Shown piece by piece: positions 9,327 to 20,110 of a stretch of DNA of 64,000 bases. Numbering within the stretch: position 1 is the first letter of the stretch; each line of letters starts with the position of its first letter. Below the pieces are notes generated by a model. That model was not told the origin of the DNA, did not search any database, and worked only from the letters and a program-made list of their open reading frames with translations. The stretch comes from a virus: positions 58,835-122,834 of the IMG/VR virus record IMGVR_UViG_3300037083_000054; one strand, written 5' to 3'. Made by a program: the position numbers and the translations under genes.

Positions 9327-9758
9327 ATGAGCCAACCCAGTTTGCCGCAAGCTCCGAAAGAACATCCCGTCAAGCACGAATGCAAATTTGCAAGATTGCG
9401 TAAATACATCCGCGTTTTGCGGAAAGAATTTCCGGCAGAGTATCCCGTGACTATCTATCGCCGAAACGCTCTTTTTCTGAATCCCCACACGGGCGAGCAT
9501 TGTTGTAACGAATTGCGTGCTGTTAAGGATTCGCAACAGGTCTATGCCTTGGCGTATGGGCCGGAAGATTATCCGGGACGATTTGTCTTGTTTCTGGCGT
9601 ATCATCCGGATTTTGGATTCATGGCGGAATCGCTATTTCACGAATGGGCACATTTCCTGACATGGAATAGCAAGGGCACGAAAGAGCATCCCTTGGAATA
9701 TTTCAAGATGTATGGAAAGATTTACCAACGATGTATTGATCAGGGGGTTCCGAAGTGA
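9327..9758 (+). CDS. Putative zincin-like metallopeptidase
   Basis: LFHEWAH (HExxH) with a downstream H...F; overlaps the next gene (GTGA). Confidence 0.55.
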   Translation: MSQPSLPQAPKEHPVKHECKFARLRKYIRVLRKEFPAEYPVTIYRRNALFLNPHTGEHCCNELRAVKDSQQVYALAYGPEDYPGRFVLFLAYHPDFGFMAESLFHEWAHFLTWNSKGTKEHPLEYFKMYGKIYQRCIDQGVPK

Positions 9759-10132
9759 AGTTGATTTATCTTGCCGCTCCCTATTCCCTCGGTGATCAAG
9801 CGTTGAATGTCCGTTCGCAGATTCGCAACTTTTCTGAATTGCTCGATGAAGGCATTGTCATTCCCTATGCTCCGTTACTCACTCACTTCGTTCACATGCT
9901 GCATCCGAAATCCTACGATGCATGGCTCTCCCATTGCTTGAACATGCTCGCTCGAATGGACGCGGTTCTCCTCTTGCCAGCGATTGAAGAGTCGGTGGAT
10001 TATCGACAGGAAGAATCCAAGGGCGTCCAGATTGAATTGGCGTTCTGTGCGGCCAACAAAATTCCTGTGTTCCGCAATAAAGAAACTCTTTATAACTGGG
10101 TGACTCAAACGTCCACGGAAGGAAGCGAATGA
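9755..10132 (+). CDS. DUF4406/DUF1937-like nucleoside deoxyribosyltransferase-fold protein
   Basis: IYLAAPYS ... CLNMLARMDAVLLLP ... ESKGVQIELAFC..NKIPVF. Confidence 0.7.
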   Translation: MKLIYLAAPYSLGDQALNVRSQIRNFSELLDEGIVIPYAPLLTHFVHMLHPKSYDAWLSHCLNMLARMDAVLLLPAIEESVDYRQEESKGVQIELAFCAANKIPVFRNKETLYNWVTQTSTEGSE

Positions 10133-10782
10133 CTGATACTGAATCCGCTCCGATCAAACTCAAGACTCCCGAAGAATGGGAACAGATCTGCCATCTCGTG
10201 GTTCGTGAACCATCCGGATGGCGGCATCCGGAAAAGAAGTGGAGCGAACCAATCAGCCGCGAAGAGTTCGAAGAGCGAGCGAAAAAATCCATGTCGGTGC
10301 AACTGCACTCCCCATCGAACTATCGCAAGCCTGCGTTCCCGATAATTCATTCAGTGTCGAGCACTGTCGGAGAAACGTCGACTCATGAACTGCTCGTGAA
10401 AACCGACGATGTCCAAATTCGGCACTTCGAAACCGGAGCAACCCGTAATCCCTCGACGCACAAAATCAATCCGGCAAAAGCGATGTCATCCCTCGTGATG
10501 GAACGATATTGCCGATACATGGCATCACGTCGAGTTCAGCCCGGCGGCGAGATTCGATCGGATGACAACTGGAAAAAAGGAATTGATCTCGACTCCTATA
10601 TGGAATCGGGGCAACGTCACAATCTGCACTGGCTGGAAATTCACGACGGATTCGAATGCACGGATGAAGACAGCGGCGAGAAAGTCGATCTGGAAACGGC
10701 CTGTTGTGCGTTGCTATTCAATGTCAGCGGCTACCTCCACGAAATTCTGAAAGCCAAATCCGTCCCATTAAACCGTCAGTAA
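10129..10782 (+). CDS. dATP/dGTP diphosphohydrolase-like protein (DUF5664-type)
   Basis: RHFETGATR ... DNWKKGI...YMESGQRH ... ALLFNV motifs. Confidence 0.65.
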   Translation: MTDTESAPIKLKTPEEWEQICHLVVREPSGWRHPEKKWSEPISREEFEERAKKSMSVQLHSPSNYRKPAFPIIHSVSSTVGETSTHELLVKTDDVQIRHFETGATRNPSTHKINPAKAMSSLVMERYCRYMASRRVQPGGEIRSDDNWKKGIDLDSYMESGQRHNLHWLEIHDGFECTDEDSGEKVDLETACCALLFNVSGYLHEILKAKSVPLNRQ

Positions 10783-10800
10783 TTCGAAGGAATTCAATGC

Positions 10801-11070
10801 ATGGCTAAGAAACCAGTGATATCCGGCAGTCTTTTGAATCAGTTGAAGAAAAAGAAGCCGTCGCTTCATCAATCGTTTCTCGACAAGCTTCCTGACGCTG
10901 TTGCCGAGGAACTAATGGACTTGGCTAAAGCGTTCGTCAATGGCGAACTAATCAATTACAGCCGCTCCGATGCCATGACATTAATCAACGAAAGCGGCAA
11001 GGTTCCGCACGAATTCACGCGGCATCACTGGCAAGCCTTGATCAACAAAGCCAAAAAGGAACTCAAATGA
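10801..11070 (+). CDS. Hypothetical small protein
   Basis: RBS AAGGA; ATGA overlap with the next gene. Confidence 0.55.
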   Translation: MAKKPVISGSLLNQLKKKKPSLHQSFLDKLPDAVAEELMDLAKAFVNGELINYSRSDAMTLINESGKVPHEFTRHHWQALINKAKKELK

Positions 11071-12275
11071 AAAAAGCCCGTTTGTTGGAATCGGCTCATG
11101 CAGACGCTTCTGACAAACAGAGGCGACCGGAATCCTGTGAAATCACGGAGAAATCCGACAATTGCGATATCGTCTATTACGGCTATGAAATCAAAACTGT
11201 CGAACAATTGTTAGAGTCCCAAGGCATTGATATGGCCATTTTGGAAATCGTCACGAAAACGATCAACAATTGGGAAGTGACCGGAAAACGATCGTTGGGC
11301 CAAGATCCTGCGACGAAAGTATGGAAAGGCGATCAGCTCTGGAAAACCGGCAATCGTCAGATCAAAGTGACGCTGCGGCGAAAGGCCCCGAAATTCATTC
11401 AGGATGGCATTCGAGAGCTTTTGCGGAATATCCAGCCTTTTCATTGCCCCAAGCCGCCCAAGCCGTCGAAATCCGATCGGCACATGGCGGAAATCTCTCT
11501 GTATGATCACCATTTTGGAAAACTCGCATGGGGGGCGGAAACAGGCACGCCGTATGATTTGGAAATTGCCGAACAAGATTGGTCGGAAGCGATCGTCGGA
11601 ATGATCGAACGCATTCATGATTTCAATATCGAGAAGATCGTTCTGCCGCTCGGAAATGACTTTTTTCATTCTGACTCCTTCGACAGCAAGACATCGAATG
11701 ACACGCGCGTCGATTCGGTCGATGACCGTTTCTCAAAAGTGTTTCGCGTCGGATGTCGATCGGCATCGTTTGCGATCGAGCGATGCCTGGAAATCGCCCC
11801 AGTCGAAATCATCTTCGTTCCAGGGAATCATGATCGGCATACCGCGTGGTATCTCACGGAAGTGATTGCCTCGCGATTTGAAGGCAATAAGCACGTCACG
11901 ATTGATAACGGGCCTCGTGAGAGAAAATACGTCTCGTATGGGCCGTCTCTGAATGGGTATGTTCACGGCGACGAATCAAAACATTCCGACCTACCGACGC
12001 TCATGGCCACGGAAGTCCCCCTCTTATGGTCGACAGCCAAGTTCCGATCATGGCGACTCGGTCACTGGCACAAGCGAAAAGAAGTTCGGCATACAGTGGG
12101 CGACACATTCAATGGCGTGGAGGTCCGCATTCTTCCTTCGCTCTGCGGTACAGACGCATGGCATTTTCGTAAAGGGTATGTTGGCAATCACCGCATGGCC
12201 GAAGTGCATCTATTTTCGGCGACGGATGGACCGGTCGGATATTTCTTGCAGCACGCGAAATCAGCCGCATTATAA
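11067..12275 (+). CDS. Calcineurin-like metallophosphoesterase/nuclease
   Basis: DHHFG, GNDFFH, GNHD, HGD, GHWH motifs. Confidence 0.85.
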   Translation: MKKARLLESAHADASDKQRRPESCEITEKSDNCDIVYYGYEIKTVEQLLESQGIDMAILEIVTKTINNWEVTGKRSLGQDPATKVWKGDQLWKTGNRQIKVTLRRKAPKFIQDGIRELLRNIQPFHCPKPPKPSKSDRHMAEISLYDHHFGKLAWGAETGTPYDLEIAEQDWSEAIVGMIERIHDFNIEKIVLPLGNDFFHSDSFDSKTSNDTRVDSVDDRFSKVFRVGCRSASFAIERCLEIAPVEIIFVPGNHDRHTAWYLTEVIASRFEGNKHVTIDNGPRERKYVSYGPSLNGYVHGDESKHSDLPTLMATEVPLLWSTAKFRSWRLGHWHKRKEVRHTVGDTFNGVEVRILPSLCGTDAWHFRKGYVGNHRMAEVHLFSATDGPVGYFLQHAKSAAL

Positions 12276-12282
12276 CAGCCCG

Positions 12283-13675
12283 CTATAATTTACCATATGT
12301 CGACGGTGTCCACGAAAACCATTGTCCGTCTTGCCAAATTGTTTTTTCATACAGCTTTTGAAAGAGTCCGCCGTATTCGTCGTAGCCATCACAGGCGACT
12401 CTGGTGAGAACGATTCGCACTGAACAATTGCGAGTTTCGATAATGCGATTGCATGCGGCTACGATATCGCTCTTGAATTCATGATAAGTTAGCTCCTTCG
12501 TAGTCGTCGATGTCCACTTGAAGAACCAGAATGATTTGGCAGATTCTGTGCTCTTGAAATAACGATCGTCTCCATGTTCATGATATCGAATTGGATGATC
12601 GGTCCAGACGTCGTCGAAATTGTTGTATTGGATTTTAAACGAATTCATACTCATGTTTATTCCGACAATTTAATCTCATTCTGATTTCCGCCGATGTGCG
12701 TTTTAATGCCGAGTTTATTCTCGACGTTCATGAGTCGCTTGTTGATGCCGTGATAGAAGTCGAGGCAGCGACCGACTCGGCCATTTAGTTCATTGACCAG
12801 TTCATACGAATCCGATGGCAGTGGCGTTTTTTTCGAAAGCTTGTGCAAATCGGACTGTAATCCAACCAGCGACTGCGTGAGTTTCGATCCGCCTTTCGCA
12901 TTCAGAAGTTCGCAGAGAGATTGATCAGTTCGATTCAACAACTCTCGTAATTCTCGAATGGCGTCTTGAGCCCAATAAAAATCTTGCTGTAGCTTCTCGA
13001 TTTCTTCTCGTTTCTTTCCCATCATAATTTCCTTTAGTCGTCACATTCTTCCCACTCAAATCGTAATGCACGGGCGAGCCTGCGAAAGTCTCCGCGAGTC
13101 GAAATTTCGCCGATCTGAGACAGGATGGCAAACTCCTGATATTGACCGATCGCATAAACGATAAACATTTTTGGGTCGCTGTCTCTCGTCTCATCGAGAC
13201 GGAATTCCAGTTTGGTTTCTGCCGCGACCCAGACAACAGGATCGTTAGAACGAAGTTCTTCGCAGATCCATTCTTTCGTGAGTTGCTCGCTATCATCGGC
13301 CTGATGCTCCTGCCGATATAGGCTGGCGTCTTGCTGATAACCGAGCATCTTGTTATGAGCGTATTCGAATTCCAGTTGTGATCTCGCCAGTTGAGCCATC
13401 AGAAATGAATTCGATTGTCGGATCGGAGCCGGGTGTCGTTCGGTCGGGCCTTCCGGTCCGCGATTCATCAGATTGCCCATCTCTCCTTGCAACAGTTGCA
13501 GGAATTCCGGTGTTCTGCACTGATTTACGATCCAATTTTCCACGGCGTCATTCCAAAGTTGCTGTCGTTCTGGTGAGAGATCGGACCATTTGTCGCGGAA
13601 TCCCATAGAATCTATGACGCCACGAAATCCAACCTCGCCTGCCGACATTCGGTCGTTATTAATTTCAGAATCCAT
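12283..13675 (-). other. Three minus-strand hypothetical genes (12283-12654, 12657-13025, 13034-13675)
   Basis: Tightly packed ORFs with RBS-like sites; no recognisable motifs. Confidence 0.55.
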
Positions 13676-13819
13676 CAGTATTTCCCTTCGAGTTCACCGA
13701 TTGCCCACAATCTCTATAACGCAACATTTTCCAAACAGATCACGAAAATCGTGATCCGAATCCAATAAACATCCGTTATGAGAGATAGTCGAACGAAAAC
13801 ACACGCCAAAGGAACTCAA

Positions 13820-14932
13820 ATGCCGGAAGTGAAATTGCAGACCAAATCGTTTGCTGAAGCGTTTTCCCGAGTCTCATCAGTATGCCCGGCTCGCACGACC
13901 ATGCCGATGCTGAAATCCGTCCTGTTTCAATTTACGCAGGATGGCGGCACATTAATCGCCTCCGATTCCGAAATCGGGATTCGCGGCACATTGACGAACA
14001 TTCAGGCGAGTGAGTCTGGCGAATGCCTCTTGCCAGTCGATCGCATGTCATCAATATTGGGAGCGGTGGTTGATGATCTCATTACGATCAAAATCACAGA
14101 CGCGAAGCTGGAAATCAAGTGCGGCTATTCGAAGTTCAACTTGGGGGCCGAAGATCCGAAAGGGTTCTCGCCGGTCACATGCTTCAATGATCAATTGCCG
14201 CATCGAACTGTGCCGTCCGCGAAATTGCGTGATATGATCACGAAAACGGTATTCGCTGTGGATCAATCGGCTCAACGACATGCAACTCAAGGATTGTGCG
14301 TGGAGGATAATGGAGCGATGCTGACGATCTTCGCGACTGACAAGCGACGGATTGCAGTGATTGGTTGCGATATGGGATCGACTGGACCGCTGACTCGCGA
14401 AGGAAAGTATCCGATCCTGCCGCCGAAAGCATTGCTCGCCGTCAATCGGTTTTTGGGCGATGAAGGCGAAGTGTCCTTTGTCCAAAACGAGAATCAAAGC
14501 CTGTTTCGCTACGGCAATTACACGCTTGTCACGCAGCATATCGTCGGTATCTTTCCGAACTGCCGCAAGATTATCCCGAGTGAACGATTGCCGCTGACGA
14601 TCGAAATGGTTTCATCATCACTGATGGCAACGCTCAAGCAGGCGATGGTCATGACGAACGCGGAATCATGCGGCGTGAAGTTTCAATTCGCGAATGGAAA
14701 CCTGAAGATTGATTCGGTCGCAAATGGCGTTGGCGATTCGGCGGTCGAAATGCCCATCAGCTATTCGGGGGCGGACATCACGATCGCTCTCAATCCGGCG
14801 TTCATTGTGGAATACCTGAAAGCGATTGGCGTGGGAGTTCCGTTCACTTGGGAAATGTCGCATGACCCCGACAATCTCGTTCAGTTGCGATGTGGTGACT
14901 ATATCTACTGTGTGGCTCCATTTAACGTATAA
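13820..14932 (+). CDS. dnaN: DNA polymerase III beta sliding clamp
   Basis: 370 aa; PARTTMPMLKSVL, ASDSEIGI, FATDKRRIA, GIFPNCRKIIP, IALNPAFIVEYLKAI. Confidence 0.92.
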   Translation: MPEVKLQTKSFAEAFSRVSSVCPARTTMPMLKSVLFQFTQDGGTLIASDSEIGIRGTLTNIQASESGECLLPVDRMSSILGAVVDDLITIKITDAKLEIKCGYSKFNLGAEDPKGFSPVTCFNDQLPHRTVPSAKLRDMITKTVFAVDQSAQRHATQGLCVEDNGAMLTIFATDKRRIAVIGCDMGSTGPLTREGKYPILPPKALLAVNRFLGDEGEVSFVQNENQSLFRYGNYTLVTQHIVGIFPNCRKIIPSERLPLTIEMVSSSLMATLKQAMVMTNAESCGVKFQFANGNLKIDSVANGVGDSAVEMPISYSGADITIALNPAFIVEYLKAIGVGVPFTWEMSHDPDNLVQLRCGDYIYCVAPFNV

Positions 14933-14954
14933 CTCGAAAAGGATTTTATTACAT

Positions 14955-15863
14955 ATGCCAACAGACAAATGGGATATCTATCACGGAGATTGTATTCCGC
15001 ACATGACATTAGAGATGGATGAACGGAGCGTCGATTTCGTAATCAGTTCACCGCCATTTCCGGCGTTATACGCGTACAGTTCGTCCCCCTCCGATATTGG
15101 CAATACTGACACGATGGGATCGGAAGCCAAGGTGCATCTGTCGTTTTTTTATCAAGCGTTATCAAGGGTCTTAAGGCCCGGACGTGTCGCCTGTATTCAT
15201 GTGTGCCAGATTCCGCGAATGAAGCGTAGTGGAGGAGTCGGCCTTTGCGATTTCCGTGGTATCAATATTCGACTCGCCGAGCGGGCAGGATTGATTTACG
15301 AGTATGATTGGTGCATCACAAAAAATCCTCAAGCCCAGGCCATTCGTACACGATCTAGAGAACTACAATTCGCCGGGTTGGAATCGGATCGAGCGAAACA
15401 ACGCGGGGCACTTGCTGACTATCTGATTAAATTTCGCAGTCCTGGCGAGAACAAGATTCCGGTTGTCGGCCATAATCAGGTGACTCGCAACGAATGGATT
15501 GATTGGGCCGAAGCTGCATGGACAGGGATTCGAGAGACGGACACGTTGAATGCCAAAGAAGGCAAAGGCGACGATGACACGAAGCATATTTGTCCGTTCT
15601 CATTGCCATTAGTCGATCGCTGCATTCGTCTGTTCTCGAATCCAGGCGAAAAAGTTTTCGATCCATTCACCGGCATCGGCAGTGTTGGATATGTGTCAAT
15701 CAAACTGGGTCGCACATTTTATGGATGCGAACTGAAGCCAGAATATCATCGTGCCGCGTGTGCGAATCTCGAAAAGATCGAGAACGAAATTCATTTCAGT
15801 AAACAGAGAAACATTTTCGAAGACAGCGATCTCGCGGAAGGTGAAAATGAAACTACGCTTTGA
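14955..15863 (+). CDS. Adenine/N4-cytosine DNA methyltransferase (beta class)
   Basis: GDC, SSPPF catalytic motif, HICPF, DPFTGIGS, GCELKPEY. Confidence 0.9.
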   Translation: MPTDKWDIYHGDCIPHMTLEMDERSVDFVISSPPFPALYAYSSSPSDIGNTDTMGSEAKVHLSFFYQALSRVLRPGRVACIHVCQIPRMKRSGGVGLCDFRGINIRLAERAGLIYEYDWCITKNPQAQAIRTRSRELQFAGLESDRAKQRGALADYLIKFRSPGENKIPVVGHNQVTRNEWIDWAEAAWTGIRETDTLNAKEGKGDDDTKHICPFSLPLVDRCIRLFSNPGEKVFDPFTGIGSVGYVSIKLGRTFYGCELKPEYHRAACANLEKIENEIHFSKQRNIFEDSDLAEGENETTL

Positions 15864-17322
15864 CTCTCATTCAATGAGTTCGTATGAGCAATTCTTGAAG
15901 CTCAAGTCCATTCCGAAATATGGCTGGGACGGACATGCGGCTGTCATTCCTGATGAATATGCGTCACTGTTCCATACGGACGCTCCGGTGATTCACAAGT
16001 CGGATTATGTGCCATCGGATTTTCTGTTTGACTATCAACGCGATATTGCGGCAATGGCCATCCAGAAGCAGAAGTTCTCGGTGTTTGCTGAGTGTGGTTT
16101 GGGAAAAACGCTAATTCTTATGGAAATGGCGAAGCATACGCACCGCATCGGCAACAAAACGCTAATTGTCTCGCCGCTGATGGTGGTGGATCAGACGCTC
16201 GGCGAGGCCGCGAAATTCTATCCGTCGCTTCCGATTGAACAAGTTCGATCTGCTAACTTGCAACAATGGCTTGATGCTCCAGTCACAGCTAAGACGCCAA
16301 TTGGCATTACGAACTATGAGTCGATTCGAGATGATTTATCAATCGGGAATGCAGGGGCACTCCTCTTGGATGAAAGTAGTTTACTGAAATCGGCCTACGG
16401 ATCGTGGGGCACTCGCTTAATCGAGATGGGCCGATGTCTTCATTGGAAGGCGTGCTTTACAGGAACACCAGCCCCGAATGATCAAATCGAATATGCGAAC
16501 CATTCGATCTTCATGAACCATAAGAAAACTGTGAACGAATTCTTGGCGTCCTATTTCATCAATCGCGGACAGACTTCCGAGCGTTGGGAGCTAAAACGAC
16601 ACGCGGTCAGTAAGTTTTACCGCGACTTATCTCACTGGTGCATTTTCCTCAATAACCCGGCAACGTATGGATGGAAAGACAACTGTTCAACAATCCCGCC
16701 CATCCATGTTCACATTGAGCAAATCGAATTGACCGACGAGCAGCGTAAATTGTCACAAAAGCTGACTGGAAACATTTTCGCTGGCAACATCGGCGGAATC
16801 GGGATGCGAGGAAAGCTGTCCCAAATCTCGAAGGGGAAAGGCGGAATTTCGACGAACAAGCCGCAGTTCATTCGCAATCTTGTCGATTCGTGGCCAGAAG
16901 AATCGACAATCATCTGGTGTCATTATAATGACGAGCAAAAGATCATGGAGAGAACCTTTCCAGAAGCCGCGTCGATTACCGGCGATACTCCCATTGAAGA
17001 TCGCATGCGACTGATCGCAGATTTCAAAGCGGGTCGCGTGAAACAATTAATCACGAAGGCAAAGATTCTTGGATTCGGCCAGAATCTTCAGATTGCCACG
17101 CGGCAAGTCTTCTCAGGAATTTCCGATAGTTACGAAATGTACTGGCAAGCAGTTAAGCGATCAAACCGCATTGGCTCAAAGCTCCCTCTCAATGTGCATA
17201 TTCCCGTGACTGAACTGGAGGAGCCAATGGTTCAGAATGTCTTGAGAAAGGCCAAGCGAATTCAGCGGGATACTGAGGAGCAAGAAAAGCTGTTTCGCGA
17301 AAAGCGATTCCAATTTTCGTGA
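15847..17322 (+). CDS. SNF2-like SF2 helicase
   Basis: AECGLGKT, NYES, LDESS, TGTPAPN, GFGQNLQ, QAVKRSNRIG. Confidence 0.9.
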   Translation: MKLRFDSHSMSSYEQFLKLKSIPKYGWDGHAAVIPDEYASLFHTDAPVIHKSDYVPSDFLFDYQRDIAAMAIQKQKFSVFAECGLGKTLILMEMAKHTHRIGNKTLIVSPLMVVDQTLGEAAKFYPSLPIEQVRSANLQQWLDAPVTAKTPIGITNYESIRDDLSIGNAGALLLDESSLLKSAYGSWGTRLIEMGRCLHWKACFTGTPAPNDQIEYANHSIFMNHKKTVNEFLASYFINRGQTSERWELKRHAVSKFYRDLSHWCIFLNNPATYGWKDNCSTIPPIHVHIEQIELTDEQRKLSQKLTGNIFAGNIGGIGMRGKLSQISKGKGGISTNKPQFIRNLVDSWPEESTIIWCHYNDEQKIMERTFPEAASITGDTPIEDRMRLIADFKAGRVKQLITKAKILGFGQNLQIATRQVFSGISDSYEMYWQAVKRSNRIGSKLPLNVHIPVTELEEPMVQNVLRKAKRIQRDTEEQEKLFREKRFQFS

Positions 17323-17379
17323 TCCGCACGCCATCAATTCACGTTCAGCAATCAGCCAGCGATTTTTTAGGGGAAAGTC

Positions 17380-18198
17380 ATGTCCACATTCGGCAATAGG
17401 TTTAATGAGTCGTCGCCGTTTCCTGATGGTCAACCGCATTTGATGATCGAGGAATTCGATGACGGATTGCCGGTCATCAAATGTCGCATCGTCTCCGGTG
17501 ACGACTTGATTCGCGTTGGGATGGCCGTCGATGTGTTTCGGCATCAGGGACGAAATCCGCTGTTGTCGATCTATTATCTGATGGGAAGCCGCATGGATCG
17601 GCGACTCTCTGATCAGGAGCCATATACCCTGAAGGTTGTTTGTAATTTCATTAATGCCTTGGATGTCCATGCCGTGCGTGTATTTGTTCCGCATTCGTCG
17701 GCCACATCGGATTTGTTAGGCAAGTTCCGCGACTGGAATCCAGAATATGAACGAGGATTCTATGAGCAAGGGATTTTGCAGTCTTGTGCCTTTACTCGTC
17801 TCTCATCAGCGACATCAATGTCACTCGTCTTCCCTGACGCGGGAGCAACGAAGCGATTTGTGAAAATGGGAATCGCCAATCTCTTTTCAGAGGCTCCAAT
17901 CGTCACGCTCTACAAGGATCGCGACGAACGCACAGGCAAGATTCACGGCACGAAATTGCTCAATGGCGAAGTTCGAAAACATTGCGTCATCGTCGATGAT
18001 CTGTGCGACGGTGGAGCGACATTCAAAGGGGCGGCGGAATGTTTGAAATCGCATGGAGCGGAGACAGTCAGTCTTGTCGTCGCTCATGGGGTCTTTTCAA
18101 AGGGCGAGTCGATTGACGGCATTGACTGCATCTCGACGAGCAATTCATTTTGCGAGCGAGAGAATCGTGATGGGTTTTATGTTCAGAAGGTATTTTGA
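17380..18198 (+). CDS. Ribose-phosphate pyrophosphokinase-like protein (Adps-like)
   Basis: FPDGQP, YLMGSRMDR, PHS, FPDAGA, VDDLCDGGATF (PRTase loop), AHGVFSKG. Confidence 0.85.
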   Translation: MSTFGNRFNESSPFPDGQPHLMIEEFDDGLPVIKCRIVSGDDLIRVGMAVDVFRHQGRNPLLSIYYLMGSRMDRRLSDQEPYTLKVVCNFINALDVHAVRVFVPHSSATSDLLGKFRDWNPEYERGFYEQGILQSCAFTRLSSATSMSLVFPDAGATKRFVKMGIANLFSEAPIVTLYKDRDERTGKIHGTKLLNGEVRKHCVIVDDLCDGGATFKGAAECLKSHGAETVSLVVAHGVFSKGESIDGIDCISTSNSFCERENRDGFYVQKVF

Positions 18199-18212
18199 TA
18201 AGGGCTGAATGA

Positions 18213-19739
18213 ATGTCGTTCAAGATGAATCCGCTTTTTGCGACGGATGCGTATAAAATTGGTCATCATTCGATGACGCCGACTGGCACGCAGTACATTT
18301 ACTCCAATCTCACACCCCGTAAATCGCGAGTGACGGGACAGAATGAAGTGGTCGTGTTCGGTCTTCAGTATTTCCTTCAGGAGTATCTGATTGACCGATT
18401 CAACGAAGAGTTCTTCTCTCGTCCGCTGGGCAAACTGATTGATGAGTATCAATCAACAATGGATTCCTACCTCGGATTCGGAGCGGTCACAACGGATCAT
18501 ATCGCCGCATTGCACGAGTTGGGCTATTTGCCGCTTCTCATCAAGTCCTTACCGGAAGGAACGCTCTGCCCGATCAAAGTGCCGATGCTGACGATCGTGA
18601 ATACGCATCCCGATTTCCCGTGGCTGACGAATTATCTCGAAACCATCATGTCAGCCTGTCTGTGGCAACCCTGCACGTCAGCAACCACGGCTTATCAGTT
18701 TCGAAAACGATTCGACAGAGCCTCCGAAGAATCAGGGCTTGACGTGTCGTTTAACAAATTCATGGGACATGATTTCTCGTTTCGCGGGATGTCGTCGCTC
18801 GAATCGGCGATGCTGTCGGGAGCGGGGCATCTGACGTCATTCGTTGGAACGGATACGATTCCCGCAGTCAAATTCATTGAGCGATATTATCCAGGTAACA
18901 ATGGATTGATCGGAGCGAGCGTATTTGCCACGGAGCACAGCATTGCGTGCCTGCTGTCAGACGACTTCGCTCGCAAGATTGTTCCGACAGGTGAGTCCGG
19001 AGAAAATCTCTTGGCTCGCGGAGAGATCGAGCATGTCCGCTATCTCATTACCGAAGTCTATCCGAAAGGAATCGTGTCGATCGTTTCGGATACATGGGAC
19101 TTCTGGTCTCTGATCACTGTCGGCATGAGAGAATTGCGTGGCGACATTCTCGCTCGTGACGGCAAAGTCGTGTCTCGCCCTGATAGCGGCGATCCCGTCA
19201 AAATCATTTGTGGTGACCGCGATGCGAAGATCGACTCTCCAGAGTTCAAAGGGGCGGTCGAATGCCTCTGGGACATCTTCGGCGGTTCATGGACGAACAA
19301 GGGATATCGAATGCTCGATCCTCATGTGGGAGCGATCTATGGCGATTCCATCAATCTCGAACGCCAAGATCAAATCATCAATGGCCTGATGAAGAAAGGA
19401 TTCGCTCCAGAAACAGTCCTTGGCATCGGATCGTACTCCTATCAGTTCGTGACTCGCGACACATTCGGATTCGCCATGAAAGCGACATGGGGCCAAGTGA
19501 ACGGCGAACCTCGCGAAATCTATAAAGATCCGAAAACCGACAAGGGCAGCGAAAAGAAATCCGCCAAAGGATTGTTGGCCGTCTATCTCGATGACTTTGG
19601 CAAGATGCGATTGTACGATCAATGCACGAGGCAACAGGAACGCGGCGGAATGTTGACGCCTGTTTTTGAAGACGGCAAGATCTTGCGTACAGACTCGTTG
19701 GCGGATATTCGGTATCGGTTGCATGGGGATAATTTCTGA
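18213..19739 (+). CDS. Nicotinamide phosphoribosyltransferase-like protein (Namat/NadV-like)
   Basis: ATDAYKIGH, FGLQYFL, HDFSFRG, ATEHS, SIVSDTWD, RPDSGDP, IYGDSI, KSAKGLL. Confidence 0.92.
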   Translation: MSFKMNPLFATDAYKIGHHSMTPTGTQYIYSNLTPRKSRVTGQNEVVVFGLQYFLQEYLIDRFNEEFFSRPLGKLIDEYQSTMDSYLGFGAVTTDHIAALHELGYLPLLIKSLPEGTLCPIKVPMLTIVNTHPDFPWLTNYLETIMSACLWQPCTSATTAYQFRKRFDRASEESGLDVSFNKFMGHDFSFRGMSSLESAMLSGAGHLTSFVGTDTIPAVKFIERYYPGNNGLIGASVFATEHSIACLLSDDFARKIVPTGESGENLLARGEIEHVRYLITEVYPKGIVSIVSDTWDFWSLITVGMRELRGDILARDGKVVSRPDSGDPVKIICGDRDAKIDSPEFKGAVECLWDIFGGSWTNKGYRMLDPHVGAIYGDSINLERQDQIINGLMKKGFAPETVLGIGSYSYQFVTRDTFGFAMKATWGQVNGEPREIYKDPKTDKGSEKKSAKGLLAVYLDDFGKMRLYDQCTRQQERGGMLTPVFEDGKILRTDSLADIRYRLHGDNF

Positions 19740-20095
19740 TGAGATCGAAACTTCATTCGCAGCTTGAACCTATGCGAGTTCAGTATCCGAAGTATGAATC
19801 GCCGATCGGCGCCGATTACGGGATGTTCGAGTGCTCCTATAAAGGCCAACGACTTCGAATGATGTCGAGCGGATCGACAAATGGCCAATGGGAGTATGTT
19901 TCTGTCTCGGCTCCCGACCGTTGTCCGACATGGGAAGAAATGTGCTTTGTGAAAGATCTGTTCTGGAGTGGCAGCGAAACGGTGATCCAGTTCCATCCGA
20001 AGAAATCGGAGTATGTGAACACTCACGAGAACTGTCTCCATTTATGGAAACGAGTCGGTGTTGACGAGAAGTTGCCGCCGCAGAATTTCGTTTAA
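19739..20095 (+). CDS. Conserved phage protein
   Basis: WEYVSVS..RCPTWEEMCFVKDLFW...QFHP..YVN.H.NCLHLW, a pattern common in phages. Confidence 0.7.
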   Translation: MRSKLHSQLEPMRVQYPKYESPIGADYGMFECSYKGQRLRMMSSGSTNGQWEYVSVSAPDRCPTWEEMCFVKDLFWSGSETVIQFHPKKSEYVNTHENCLHLWKRVGVDEKLPPQNFV

Positions 20096-20110
20096 TTGAA
20101 AGATTATTGA

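Noticed and set aside
13739-13757. GATCACGAAAATCGTGATC hairpin between divergent genes
   Set aside because: Single occurrence with no supporting context; may be an operator but cannot be supported.
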